A stretch of DNA of 63,609 nucleotides, filler included, from Craspedostauros australis (lineage: Eukaryota), in the NCBI GenBank assembly GCA_030167865.1. It is 5 parts of 5 records of this genome, joined end to end, with 100 filler letters (N's around TTAATTAATTAA, not from the genome) between each part and the next. Parts side by side here need not be neighbours in the genome. Positions count along the whole stretch, not along the records: positions 1 to 18,077 come from JALAGF010000841.1; positions 18,178 to 23,713 come from JALAGF010000845.1; 3 more parts are not named here. One strand, 5' to 3'. Below, piece by piece: positions 11,362 to 22,477 of this stretch (its first letter is position 1; each line of letters starts with the position of its first letter). The position numbers and the translations under genes were made by a program. The notes beneath the pieces are model-generated. The model had not been told where the DNA came from and did not search any database. It was given only the letters and a program-made list of their open reading frames with translations.

Positions 11362-12145
11362 TGTCGGGATGTACCGGTATGTGCATCGCCCATCCAATCG
11401 GTTAGTCTAGACTCGACCAGGTAGCGTCGGCAATATTCGTGTCCTGGACGTTTCGTGTTTGAGAGCAACAACACAAACTCGGACACACTAAATTATGCAA
11501 GAATCCCAGTGGGGGATTTGGGACAACCTAATCTGAGAGGATCAGAACTTTCGTATGTCCGCCAACCGACATGGCATCGAGGAAGGGTAAATGGAGGTTG
11601 CGACTTATCTAAGGTGACGACATGACCATCTGACCATGGTAAGATGACGGAATGAGGAATCTGGGAATACATGGAACAGAGCAGCTGACGTTGACAGGAT
11701 GTCATCATGTCACCATGTCGGCAGCTGTCTCAACATCCGGCAGAGAACAAGGAAGATTCGATGACCGATCGTCATCGAGTTCGTGAAAGGTCAACAAGGA
11801 GTTCAGCATGAGATGACATCATCTACACGTGGGCGTAGTAGCGTGCTCGTGGAGGATGAGATGATGAACGACGAATCGAATGTGTAGAACAGCGTAGGAG
11901 GACTACGCGTGAGAGAAAGAGAGAGAGAGACGATGATGAGCAACATGAGAGGGAGCACCTCTGCAGCTTGCTCATAGTCGACTCAACACGGCACAGATCA
12001 CCAGACAAGACGTCCAGGAGCACTGGAGTCAGCACCAAGAGCATTGGTTACTACGTAATGAAATAGCAAGAGAATTGACTATTACCACCATCACCATCTT
12101 CATCGCAAGCAACAGCAAGGGTACCTACATCGGGACTTGCCAACA
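11362..12145 (+). mobile_element. Solo-LTR-like element, copy 1 (784 bp)
   Basis: Begins TGTCGGGATGTA and ends ACTTGCCAACA. Flanked by the direct repeat AGCGTG (11356-11361 and 12146-12151). Patchy homology along its length to the reverse complement of 39906-40710, e.g. GTTGACAGGATGTCATCATGTCACCA and TAATGAAATAGCAA. Confidence 0.82.
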
Positions 12146-12635
12146 AGCGTGACGATGTGATGATGAGCAATTCCGGCACTTTGCGTATGGCGCGCCCCTA
12201 GGGGGGTGCAATGTCCGCGGTTGGTCATGAGACGGAAGCTTGGTTCCAAGTTGGTCGTCGTGTGGTGGAGCGCATCGCATCGGACGGGTGGCGTTGCGTT
12301 GTGTGGGCCCAGATGTTGTCGGACGGAGGATCATGGATCGTCGACGTTGGTGGGTCTGAAGGTGATGCTTCTCTCATTCGGATGCACAACCTTTCACTCT
12401 CCCGAAGGCACCTTTAAGATGCTTGGAACCCTCCTCTGCCGTCGCTTCATGGAGGCATGCGGAAATCTTGAACTTGGAACAGCGAGCTTTGGTTGGTTGG
12501 GAAGCTCTTGGTTGATGGATGATGGATGATGTCCGTGTCGTCATGGTTAAGCTCCCCACCAACAGAGAGAACACGTTTACGCACCTTGTCGTCGTAGGTG
12601 ATGCCACTGTTGATGATGATGATGCTTGTTGGACA

Positions 12636-12715
12636 TGGTATGGTATGGTATGGTATGGTATGGTATGGTATGGTATGGTATGGTATGGTATGGTATGGTA
12701 TGGTATGGTATGGTA
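12636..12715. repeat. Microsatellite (TGGTA)16
   Basis: Perfect pentanucleotide run of 80 nt. Confidence 0.99.
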
Positions 12716-13254
12716 TGTGCACCGTGGCATTGTACTATTATCAGGATGGTATTGTGGTGACGCTCTTTGGTCGAGGTGAGTTGATTGGATTTGTGGCAGA
12801 AGATGCACGACTTGGCATTTCGTTTTGAAAGAAACACGACTTGTTGTTGACGTTGTGAAATGATCCAGTGTACTATTCACAGAGTACTCGTCAGTCGTGT
12901 CGTTGGTTGACCCAGTCGATTACTGATGATGTGTGACGAACAATTTCAATTGTTCGCATGACAGGCTTATCGAACAGTTTCAGTGACGACATGGACCATG
13001 TCGCGACTGAAGATACACGTTCGATGGCCACACGGTTCTCTTGGGCAGCGGCTCCGCTCTTGTGCGAGGTATGCGCACTCCATTGCCGCAGCACTGGACA
13101 TGTCAACCTTCGGCTGGACACAACAGTGAAGAGCTGCACTCCACTGGCATAGTCGTACTATACGAGGACAATGGAACATCCCAACAAGGAATGACAATTG
13201 CCACTGCTGCCATTGAGACACACGAACCAGACTCTTGTCCACCCCATTGCCGAG

Positions 13255-14328
13255 ATGAGGATCCGACTGCGCAGAGGCGCAATGGCGCCATCGTTGAGCG
13301 GTCCGCGTTCCTGTCTTCGTTGCAAAACCGCGACCATCATGAGCGCCGTCTCCTTGATCCTGTTGCTGTCCATGCGAGGCAACTCGGATCCCGCGTCCAT
13401 GATCGACAGAGACTTTGTGGCTCGTTTCGAGGAGCAGGAAAGCCGCGACATGTTGGCGAGGATACATCATAACAGCATGCTGCGCGGTACTGAAGCGCAG
13501 ATCCGCGAAGGTGATCGTCTATCGGCCGGGTTGGGCGTTGCAAATGGTGGCAGCCAAGGCAGGAGCGATAACGCCGACGCGCATCAATCCAATAGCGCGA
13601 TCGACGACGATGATGATGAGGATTTTGTGGATGATGGCGCCAACGATGCGGATGTGGACAATGAAGCCAAGCAAGGAGGCGACCAAATGGCATCCAAAGA
13701 CATCGATCAACGGCAACATCGCAGCAATGAAGATGGCACGACCAACGACAAAGCCAAATACGAAGGCACGCATTCGCAGCTCAAGAAGGCCTACAACTGC
13801 AAGAGCCGCAACGCACCGCCGCGCCCCATCACTTCAGACGCCACATTCCGCATGCTGCGCCGAACCTACCTCAGCATCATGCCCAACGCCACGATGCCCA
13901 TCGAAGGCAGCGGTTTCCACGTCCCCATCGAAGCCAAGCACCATGCCGAGATGGGCCGCGGCGTCTTCGCGAGGACCGACATTGCCAACGGCACATTGAT
14001 CTGGACGGATGAATACACGGCCAAATTCACGCAGGGACATCAATTCCGCACCTTCCTGCGCCGCGTGCCGCGCGATGTCGCGTGCGATCTGCTGATGTGG
14101 TCGTATCCCATCCGGGATGGCATGGTCTGTTCCGATCTCGATGCGGCGTCGTTGACGAATGCGGCCGACGATGACGAAGACGTCAACATGGTGGAGCGGG
14201 AAGGCTACGATGCGGGTGTGCTTCTGAATGGGACGTTCGCGTCGCGGGATATCGCGGCGGGCGAGCAGCTTCTGCTGGATTACGGGTCCTTCGTGTACTT
14301 GGAGGCGTGGGGGATGCTGGGTTTGTGA
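13255..14328 (+). CDS. SET-domain protein (putative protein methyltransferase) with N-terminal hydrophobic anchor
   Basis: SET motifs GRGVFARTDIANGTLIW, DLDAASLTN and FASRDIAAGEQLLLDY. Hydrophobic IMSAVSLILLLSM followed by an acidic linker. First in-frame ATG is 13255 (the ORF track starts at a TTG); start uncertain. Confidence 0.85.
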   Translation: MRIRLRRGAMAPSLSGPRSCLRCKTATIMSAVSLILLLSMRGNSDPASMIDRDFVARFEEQESRDMLARIHHNSMLRGTEAQIREGDRLSAGLGVANGGSQGRSDNADAHQSNSAIDDDDDEDFVDDGANDADVDNEAKQGGDQMASKDIDQRQHRSNEDGTTNDKAKYEGTHSQLKKAYNCKSRNAPPRPITSDATFRMLRRTYLSIMPNATMPIEGSGFHVPIEAKHHAEMGRGVFARTDIANGTLIWTDEYTAKFTQGHQFRTFLRRVPRDVACDLLMWSYPIRDGMVCSDLDAASLTNAADDDEDVNMVEREGYDAGVLLNGTFASRDIAAGEQLLLDYGSFVYLEAWGMLGL

Positions 14329-14736
14329 TCATGGTGTGCATTTGGATTGCTCGCAACGAAAGAACAGTAACGCTAGCCGTTCCATACGTATTCGTAGATT
14401 ATGCGTATCATGTTGTGCAGACGAGAATAGTGAAGCGTCGGTGACGCGAAATGAACATCTTTGTTCATCTGGTTGACACGATGGATTGTGTCATGACTTG
14501 ACATCGTGTCGTTGTCTGTGTGGTGGACACGTCTGCACGTGCGCGGGACACTCCCTCCCTCATCCGCAAGTTTGCTTCGACGCAGACCGTTTGACAGCAA
14601 GAGTAACGATGATGTAGGTAACTTGTACTGTTTCTATTGTTGCTATTGATGTTTAGAGTGTAATGTAATGCAATAGTTGAGTATGGATGTGTATGCTCAT
14701 GTGTATGCTCATGTGTAGTTGCACGGCGAAGCTCGT

Positions 14737-15813
14737 TCAGGCTCGGGCGATGCAAAGGACCTGATCGATGAGCTCCTGCTGTCGCAGACGGTTGTCCGAC
14801 TTCGGTTTCTCGACAGGCGAGTTCTCGGCGCTGGAGAGAATGGTGAGGAGGGGCAGGGATCGTGTCTTGCTGCCCATCGACCAGGCGTACGGCAGGGTCT
14901 GCAGCGAGGTTGGTGGCGAGACGGTGCTTGCCGACCGCGGGCCGTCTTGCGTCGTGGTCCAGCGTTGGTCGGAGGCGCGCTTGTGGGGGAGGCCGCTGTT
15001 GAAGGACGGCACGCGTCGAGGCTGGATCATCGGCCAGGACTGGCGGTGCGGCTGCTGTGATCGGCCACTGTGCTGGACAGGGCTGCTCTTTGAGGGGTAG
15101 CCGTACTTGCCATGGTCGGTGTCGTTGTTGTTGCTGCTTGTTGATTGCTGCTGCTGTGGAGACATGGGGCTGGATGGCCTGGCGCTGCTGCCGGTCAAGG
15201 CGTCGCTGCGGGTGGAGCCGGTGCAGGAGCACGAGGTGGACCACCGATCGAGGTGCGTGGAGGAGGAGAAGCGCTTCGAACGCTTGAGCGATCGCTTGCG
15301 CGGCAGAGAGGTGGAGGGTGGCGATTTGGCGTTGTCGACCACCAAGACCAGCATGTTCTTCTGTTGCTGGTGTCCCGTGACTGAAGTCGTGACTGAAGTC
15401 GTGGCAACCGTTGTGCTTGGTGCCGGAGGAACTGCCATTGCTGCTCCTGCTGCTGCTGAGGATGATGCTGAGGATGATGTTGAGGAGGAAGAGGACGATG
15501 ATGCGGCTGACTGCGGTGCCTGCTGTGATGTCTGCTGCGATGTCTGCTGCGATGCGGATGATGACAACGGCTGATGCTGCGATGAAGGTCCGCAGGCCGA
15601 AGCAGATGTTGGCGCGGTGGCATTGGAGGAGTCTTCGTCGTAGAATCTGGTACTGTCTCTACACGACAGCATCAAATTGGCGAAGTACGAGTCCAACGCC
15701 GTAATCGGCGCCGCTCTCTCTGTCGTGGACGTCGTCGCCATGGTTGCCTCTGCTGTGGTTGTTGGCATGGTGGCAGCCATGTCCAGTGCTTTCGATTCAT
15801 CCAACGGTGCCAT
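14737..15813 (-). CDS. Hypothetical S/T/Q-rich low-complexity protein, 358 aa
   Basis: Long ORF with ATG in ACACCATG context after an AC-rich leader. Short ordered islands LDSYFANLM, LVLVVDNAKSP and DRWS. No recognisable domain. Confidence 0.65.
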   Translation of the reverse strand: MAPLDESKALDMAATMPTTTAEATMATTSTTERAAPITALDSYFANLMLSCRDSTRFYDEDSSNATAPTSASACGPSSQHQPLSSSASQQTSQQTSQQAPQSAASSSSSSSTSSSASSSAAAGAAMAVPPAPSTTVATTSVTTSVTGHQQQKNMLVLVVDNAKSPPSTSLPRKRSLKRSKRFSSSTHLDRWSTSCSCTGSTRSDALTGSSARPSSPMSPQQQQSTSSNNNDTDHGKYGYPSKSSPVQHSGRSQQPHRQSWPMIQPRRVPSFNSGLPHKRASDQRWTTTQDGPRSASTVSPPTSLQTLPYAWSMGSKTRSLPLLTILSSAENSPVEKPKSDNRLRQQELIDQVLCIARA

Positions 15814-18077
15814 GGTGTGTTATTCAGAAAGAGGACTCTATTGTGTATGGTGTCGTATTGGCGTCGTTGTTTCGTTTCGGTCAATGCTTGGTTGCGATTT
15901 GTGTGTTTCGCGTGTTTGTGGCATCTGTGGCTGTGTGTGGTCGTGTTTGCCGTTGTGTGCTTCGTGGTGTCTCTTTTGTGCTTTTTGGTGTCAGCATCGC
16001 CGCTCCGTAGTTCGTGTTGCGCACACAAAACGGCTGGTGTCAGCTCAAGCGTACTGTCACATTTACGTTACGTTTGTCCACAACGCGTCCCGCACTCGCG
16101 GTGTCCATTTCGGCGCACGAGCGCGCCTGGCGTCCCGAAACTTCCAGAACCTGTGCGACGCCGACCTTTTGGGGGCTTAAAGATCGCGGCACGGCTTCTT
16201 TACGAATCCCAACGTGTCGTAGTGTCATGTGCCTTCTAAGATTAGTATCTCCACGTCGTCAATAGTCCACACAAGAAGCGGTTTCGATTCTCTGCTGAAA
16301 CTAGTACTATTGCACGAAAATGTCGCGTCCACGCCAACAACGCCGCCAGTGGAGGAGATCGGTCCCAACCAATTTCAGTGACGCACGATGCTGGAAATGA
16401 AGTCTCGGTGCCAATAATGTTGAATGCAAGTGCGCCATCTGCTAGGTGTCGCCATAAATGCGATGTTCTTCGAGGTGGCCTTGGGTGCGATTATCGGACC
16501 AGAAGAGGCGGTTCGCACGCAAAGTGGGCACATTTCATTGGCAGCGCAGCTGCGTCGAAGTGCCAACAACATTCGATTAATCCGTCTTGCGGCGAAGTGG
16601 GTGATAAGCGCTGGTCGCGGCTTGTGATGTCCTCGAGCATGCGCTAGTGTTAATGTGCGTCTCTGTTGGGTGTGTCTCCTTCCGTTGGCGGCTGTCCGCA
16701 GAAAATTGGCCTTTTCTCGTCCTCACCAAGCTACTATGCAAGTGAGTAGAGTACGACCATGAGCCACTCAACACACGCGCCCATGTCATCATCATCATCT
16801 CTCTCTCCTGTTTGTGTGTGTGTGCATGTCTATCTTACAGACAGTCTCCGCTTTCGTATCCCTGGTCATCTTTCTCTCTTTCCTCATTCGAGACCTGTCA
16901 TGCGATGACGAATGCTGCAGGGCTGCTCGTTGGCTCCCCTGCTCGGATGCATGTGTGTCGTGGGTGTGAAGTGTATCTGCGTCCGCGTCTGGTTGGGGAA
17001 GCGCGACCGAGACTGGACATCCAAGGTCGGCGAGCAGGAACGGGAGATAGAGAGGGGAAGCTTAAATTCCGACCACGTTCAGCATCCGACTTGTGCCTCT
17101 CCGGGTCGACGTGGGAGGTCATACACATAACCAGGCAGAGCCTAGTATGAGTATTGTATCGGACAAGGCTGTCTTGGGTTGACCATGATCGAGAGATCTT
17201 GAGGTCTACCATACTCGTACGTTCCGACGAGAGTGAGAGATGACGATGTGTCGATCTCTGATGAAGCCTCTGTATCCTTGTGTTGAGCCCTTCTGCACTG
17301 GTGGAGTATCGACAGCCTCCAGACCATGCTACCGCAGAACAAATGTTGCAACATCTCTTTGGTTGCCGGCTGGAGCGTAGTGACACTCAGCGTAAATCAT
17401 CCGTTGGAGGTTTGCCGACTATTATCCTTCGGGTTCGTATTGTTGGTTCGTGTTGTGCCATCCTTCGTGTTGATGTATCATGATACAAGCATGCACACTT
17501 ATCCTTATTCACACTGGAGTTCTCCCGTGGTGAAGAACCGCAACCAACTGCACGACCTTGGATGCAGCGCAAAGCGAATCGACCTTGTTGGCTGCGCGCA
17601 ACGGAGGATCTTTTTTCACACCAGCGGCGACACCAACAATGCGCACCACTCTAAGACCCCATTCAGGATACGATAGTACATTCTTGCCGATTTTTAATTC
17701 GAGGACAGATTTCATCCTATTATGTTGTGGAGGGTACATGTGTGAAATATTAGACGCCTGGACCTTATAGTTAAAAAGTTTATATTTTTCGCATTAATCT
17801 ACGACTANAAACGAAAGGCATGCGGACGCAGAAGGGCANATTGTGTTGGGAATCACCAGTCGTGCTTCAGCTTGCTGTCCAGTCGTGCCCTTGATTGACA
17901 GACTCACATTTCGCGTGGGCAAGGCGGTTGGGTGCGAAGAGATGTTGAGGACTGCGCGGTAGCAGTAGGCATGGTGATGATGATGCTTCATCCGGGCTGT
18001 GGATCAGTGGTCGAAATCCAGAGTTGTGGGTTGGTGGGTAGTCCAGATCTTCACCCCCGCCTTGACTTTCACACTGC

Positions 18078-18177
18078 NNNNNNNNNNNNNNNNNNNNNNN
18101 NNNNNNNNNNNNNNNNNNNNNTTAATTAATTAANNNNNNNNNNNNNNNNNNNNNNNNNNNNNNNNNNNNNNNNNNNN
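18078..18177. other. Artificial contig spacer N44-TTAATTAATTAA-N44
   Basis: Six-frame stop linker embedded in N runs; identical structure at all four gaps. Confidence 0.98.
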
Positions 18178-18410
18178 CCATACCGACACCCTGCTGTTGG
18201 CGGTCCCAACCAACCAAGAGAGACTCGTTCATCTCATAGTCGTAACACTGGCATGGAATAAACGTGCACGACCAACGCGCCCAAGCACCTTCACATCATC
18301 ATTCCAATTGTCGCAAACGAGCCGTCGCACATGCCATGAGAGCACACTGAGGACCCAACTGCCCCAATCGTATTCATACCACGCACATTCACATTCCATC
18401 ATCACGCACG

Positions 18411-20075
18411 ATGAACTGCTCGCAATACCCAATCGTATCGTCCACGTCGCATGCAACCAACCGCGGCAATGATGCTCCTTTTCACGTTCGCGCGCAGAAA
18501 AACCGAAGGGACTGCAGCATCCTGTCGGACAATGGTGTTGAGGCAATCGCTTCCATTGCTGAATCGCACGCTCAAAGCGGTCGTCATGGCCACGCCCATC
18601 CCGAGATCAAGATCGAAGACGACAATGAAAGCCACAGCGAGTGTAGCATTTCGAGTCAAAGCGATGGCAGTGCTGCCGATGACAGTGCTGCCGACGACAG
18701 ACCTACGAATACCGCCCCCTCCTCTTGGCTTACACACAGCCCATGGCAACAACAACAGCAACAGCAGCAACTGCAGGCCCAGGTTGCTATCGGGCAAACA
18801 TCAATAGCGATGAATACCGGCCAGCTACAGCAGCACAGTCATCAAAGAGGTCCTGACCAGAACGCCCAGAACGCTCACGACGCTCAGGGCTCAAGTAATC
18901 GCCACCTTCACGGACATCAAACAGCCCACCTCCAGCAAGGGCATCCAAGCTATCATCCTCAGCACTTTCAAATCACTGGCTTACTCGTTCCGTTGCCACA
19001 CAACGCGACAGGTCTCCTTGCGCCCATCATCACCCCAGCAGGCATGTTGATACCAGTGGCAGCACCTCAACACTTTGTGCCAGTTGGTACATCTCCACCC
19101 CAGTTCATTCCCGGCGTTGCCAACGACATCAACTCCGCTCTCCAGTTGAGCTCGCTTGCTCATCTGGACGATAGGACCAACCCTCCAGAAATATTCAACG
19201 TGGATCAAGGCCTTGCGATCCGAAACGAGAGCTGTGCTGCGCCGTCCAACGAGCTTCCGATCGGCAATGCGGACCTATCTTGTGATGCACCAAATCACTC
19301 TCCCCCTTTCAGCAGCGTCCATAGCAGCAGCGGCCGCACCACCACCAGCGACCCACCAAGCGAGGACGGTCCTTCAAGCCGCGACGGCGGTGAGAGCAAC
19401 GATGAAGGCTGTACTCCTGCAATCAACCTCATCGATGGCATGGAGGCCAAGGAAGCTCTGATCGTCAAGCCTCCTGTTGCGACCATTGCCACCAGTGCCA
19501 GCAAACGTGGAAGAGGCAACTACATGCCGCAAGCTGCCAGCAAAAAGGCCAAGATCGCAAACGGAGGAGTGTCGCCGAAGCACGTGTCTCAGGCCGAAAA
19601 ATGGATGGTCCGATTCAACGATCTCGTTGAATTCAAGAGGGTGCACAGGCACTGCATAGTTCCACTTGGCGACACCGACAACCCACCCCTGGCTTGTTGG
19701 GTCAAGCGACAGCGACGCATGTACAAGTTGAAGATGACAGGCAGACACCATTCATTGACCGACGAGAGATATCGCCTACTGGATGATCTAGGCTTTGCGT
19801 GGGACGCTCATGCGGTATCATGGGAGACCCAATTGCGCGAGCTGCGAGTCTTCATCGCAAAGCATGGGCATGCGAAAATCCCGTCGCGGTATTCCGAGAA
19901 CCCGTCCCTGGGCGTGTGGGCCAAGTGCCAGCGGCGGCAATATCGCTTGCTTCGTGCAGGTTCCAAGTCCAACCTGTCCAAGAAGCGGGTGGAGACGTTG
20001 TCTTCGATTGGTTTTCTGTGGGATGCGCGGGAACAGCCAGATGTGGGTGACAACCACGAACACAGCGATGCATAA
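18411..20075 (+). CDS. Helicase-associated (HA, PF03457-like) domain protein, 554 aa; probable DNA-binding regulator
   Basis: Two HA repeats: WMVRFNDLVEFKRVHRHCIVP...LACWVKRQR...LDDLGFAW and WETQLRELRVFIAKHGHAKIP...LGVWAKCQR...LSSIGFLW. Q/H/S-rich N-terminus and a basic NLS-like segment. Confidence 0.92.
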   Translation: MNCSQYPIVSSTSHATNRGNDAPFHVRAQKNRRDCSILSDNGVEAIASIAESHAQSGRHGHAHPEIKIEDDNESHSECSISSQSDGSAADDSAADDRPTNTAPSSWLTHSPWQQQQQQQQLQAQVAIGQTSIAMNTGQLQQHSHQRGPDQNAQNAHDAQGSSNRHLHGHQTAHLQQGHPSYHPQHFQITGLLVPLPHNATGLLAPIITPAGMLIPVAAPQHFVPVGTSPPQFIPGVANDINSALQLSSLAHLDDRTNPPEIFNVDQGLAIRNESCAAPSNELPIGNADLSCDAPNHSPPFSSVHSSSGRTTTSDPPSEDGPSSRDGGESNDEGCTPAINLIDGMEAKEALIVKPPVATIATSASKRGRGNYMPQAASKKAKIANGGVSPKHVSQAEKWMVRFNDLVEFKRVHRHCIVPLGDTDNPPLACWVKRQRRMYKLKMTGRHHSLTDERYRLLDDLGFAWDAHAVSWETQLRELRVFIAKHGHAKIPSRYSENPSLGVWAKCQRRQYRLLRAGSKSNLSKKRVETLSSIGFLWDAREQPDVGDNHEHSDA

Positions 20076-20893
20076 GAGCCCCTCGAGCAAGTGGACCTAC
20101 ACTTTGAAATAAACATTCTAACTTTTGATCTGCGACGTCCAAACCAAACACACATTCGTGATCCATAAAATCTCCAAAGAATGAATTAGCCATTCCATTT
20201 TTAGTTAGGTCCTATTTGAAGTTTCATGGATCGATCAATGCATTCAGTCTAGTCGCGTGTTTCCAACGGCACAACACCCGTTCTTTCTTGACGCGAGTCC
20301 AATGATGTTCCCCTGTATTTATCGTCAGGTGCTCAATCACGGAAGCGCTTCTGAAGGTTTCGTTCGTTTGATAGACGTATTAACGCGCGCTGCCACAAAC
20401 CAGCGAGTGGTGGGGAGAGCTGTTTATTGGTCAGTTGGTCCGCCCAAGCAGAGATACATGTGAAAACCGATGAAATGGCGTTACAGTACGAACACGGACG
20501 CCAACCAAAGGGAAGCCAGCAGTAGAGCAACCGCATACGTTTGTACGGCATGATAAGACTCATAATCTGCATCCTTATGGCTCTTACACATTAATTCGGG
20601 TTTCATGCGTGTAATGACTTGGTTTATCATACTCATCCGCTCACGTGAGCACCTGCAAGTGCTCAGGGACCGCCTGAAGAGGCGACGAAAATACTGGGAC
20701 CCCGCTCCGAGGGTGGACCATCACCAAGCCGTCACTGCTTGTATTGTGTTGCATCCCCTTCAACCACAATGTCCTTGATAATCAGCAATTACACACAGGG
20801 CAAAGGGCACCAAACACTGCACTTACTATGCCGCCAGGGTGATCAATCTGTCAGGTGGAGTCAGTGTGTTTGGTGGTTGCTGTTGTTGCTAAT

Positions 20894-21207
20894 ATGGAGT
20901 AGGAACCAGTAGTGAACGAACGGAGTATCGAATGTGGAGTACACATCGAACGCGAAGTGTTGTGTAGCACAAGTACACGATATTGAGAGAGAGAGAGAGA
21001 ATACGAAGAGTAGCAAGAGAGCATCTTGCACACCAACTCATAGTCGGAGACTGAATCTACGAAACAGATAAACATGCCAAGAGCATCAGGCAAGAGAACG
21101 GACACCAAGAGGATCGGAGTCTCAACGTAATGAAATAGCAAAAAGAACGACTATCAACAACACCGTCTTCCACAATTGTAGGCTTCCAATCACGGAACTT
21201 GCCAACA
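20894..21207 (+). mobile_element. 5'-truncated copy of the solo-LTR-like family
   Basis: Aligns by eye to the reverse complement of 39906-40220 and ends AACTTGCCAACA. No TSD found. Confidence 0.8.
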
Positions 21208-22477
21208 TCCGATCACGCTCCTTCGCTTCCAAGCAGATCCTGGTTGTGTTGGGAAGATTTTTGAGGATGATTCTGATGATGATGACTTGCCAATCTTCTA
21301 TGTCATGTATGCATTTACTCTTGGTGTCCGAGATACCAAAAAGGTGAAGGCAACGCCCGTTGGCAAGAAAAAGGTGCGACGTGCCCGACGTTCTGCAGCA
21401 CACAGTGAGAAGGACATCGCCAAGGATGACATGTCCATCCATCCGAATGATGCCAGATCCTAGTGCAAACGGTGTACCATCACATCTAGCACCAACATCA
21501 ACACAAACCATAACAGTAATAGTAGTAGTAGTAGTTCTGAACAACAGCAAGTTTTGTGAAATCGAGACAGCTGATTTGTGTTGTGTTGCAAAACATTCGA
21601 GATTGTTCGATCCGATTCTGAGATGTCGAATCACGGGTGGAGATATATCCCGGATGTCAATTTACCTCAACTCCCAGTCAACGGACATCAACTCATCGAA
21701 TGGTTCCTTGTGCCGTCGGCGATACGCCAATGGGTACCAGTAATTTCCAAAAAGCGCCAAAAAAGCTGAAATTGGCCACAAGACCCAGAAAGCAGAGAGA
21801 CTGGCGTTTCGTCGTATTCGTACTCCACTACGGGCCGTATTGCGGTATGGTGCGGAGTTCGCTGTCGCAACAAAAGACACTTTGTTAGCCCCCATCGATG
21901 AATGTATGTTCTGCGACCTTTGCATTTCTTGTGCAGAACATCACATGACGTCACCACGGCACCGAACAATTAGGGGGAGAACCGGACCAGAGAGCAACGA
22001 TTTGCGTCGATCGTCCTGACCTTCTGTCTGTTCTTCGTGTCATCTCTTGAAACAGCGAGACCAATTGCCACAATCGGCTTGGAGCGAAGCCGCGGATGGT
22101 TTCAAAAGTCTCCGTGATCTTCGGTCACCAAACAGACTCTGCTCGCGCTTTTCTTACAAGGCAGTCGTGGTCGCGCGTTTGTGCGAGTGTGTTGCCTCTC
22201 GCGGACAATCCCGACCCAAGCAGCAAAATGATCCACATCCTTGGCCATACCGACACCCTGCTGTTGGCGGTCCCAACCAACCAAGAGAGACTCGTTCATC
22301 TCATAGTCGTAACACTGGCATGGAATAAACGTGCACGACCAACGCGCCCAAGCACCTTCACATCATCATTCCAATTGTCGCAAACGAGCCGTCGCACATG
22401 CCATGAGAGCACACTGAGGACCCAACTGCCCCAATCGTATTCATACCACGCACATTCACATTCCATCATCACGCACG

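Noticed and set aside
12374..12880. ORFs with YHTIP / GMVWY repeats
   Set aside because: Translations of the (TGGTA)16 microsatellite.
18122..18133. TTAATTAATTAA as a piggyBac or PacI site (also at the other three gaps)
   Set aside because: It is an assembly linker inside N runs.
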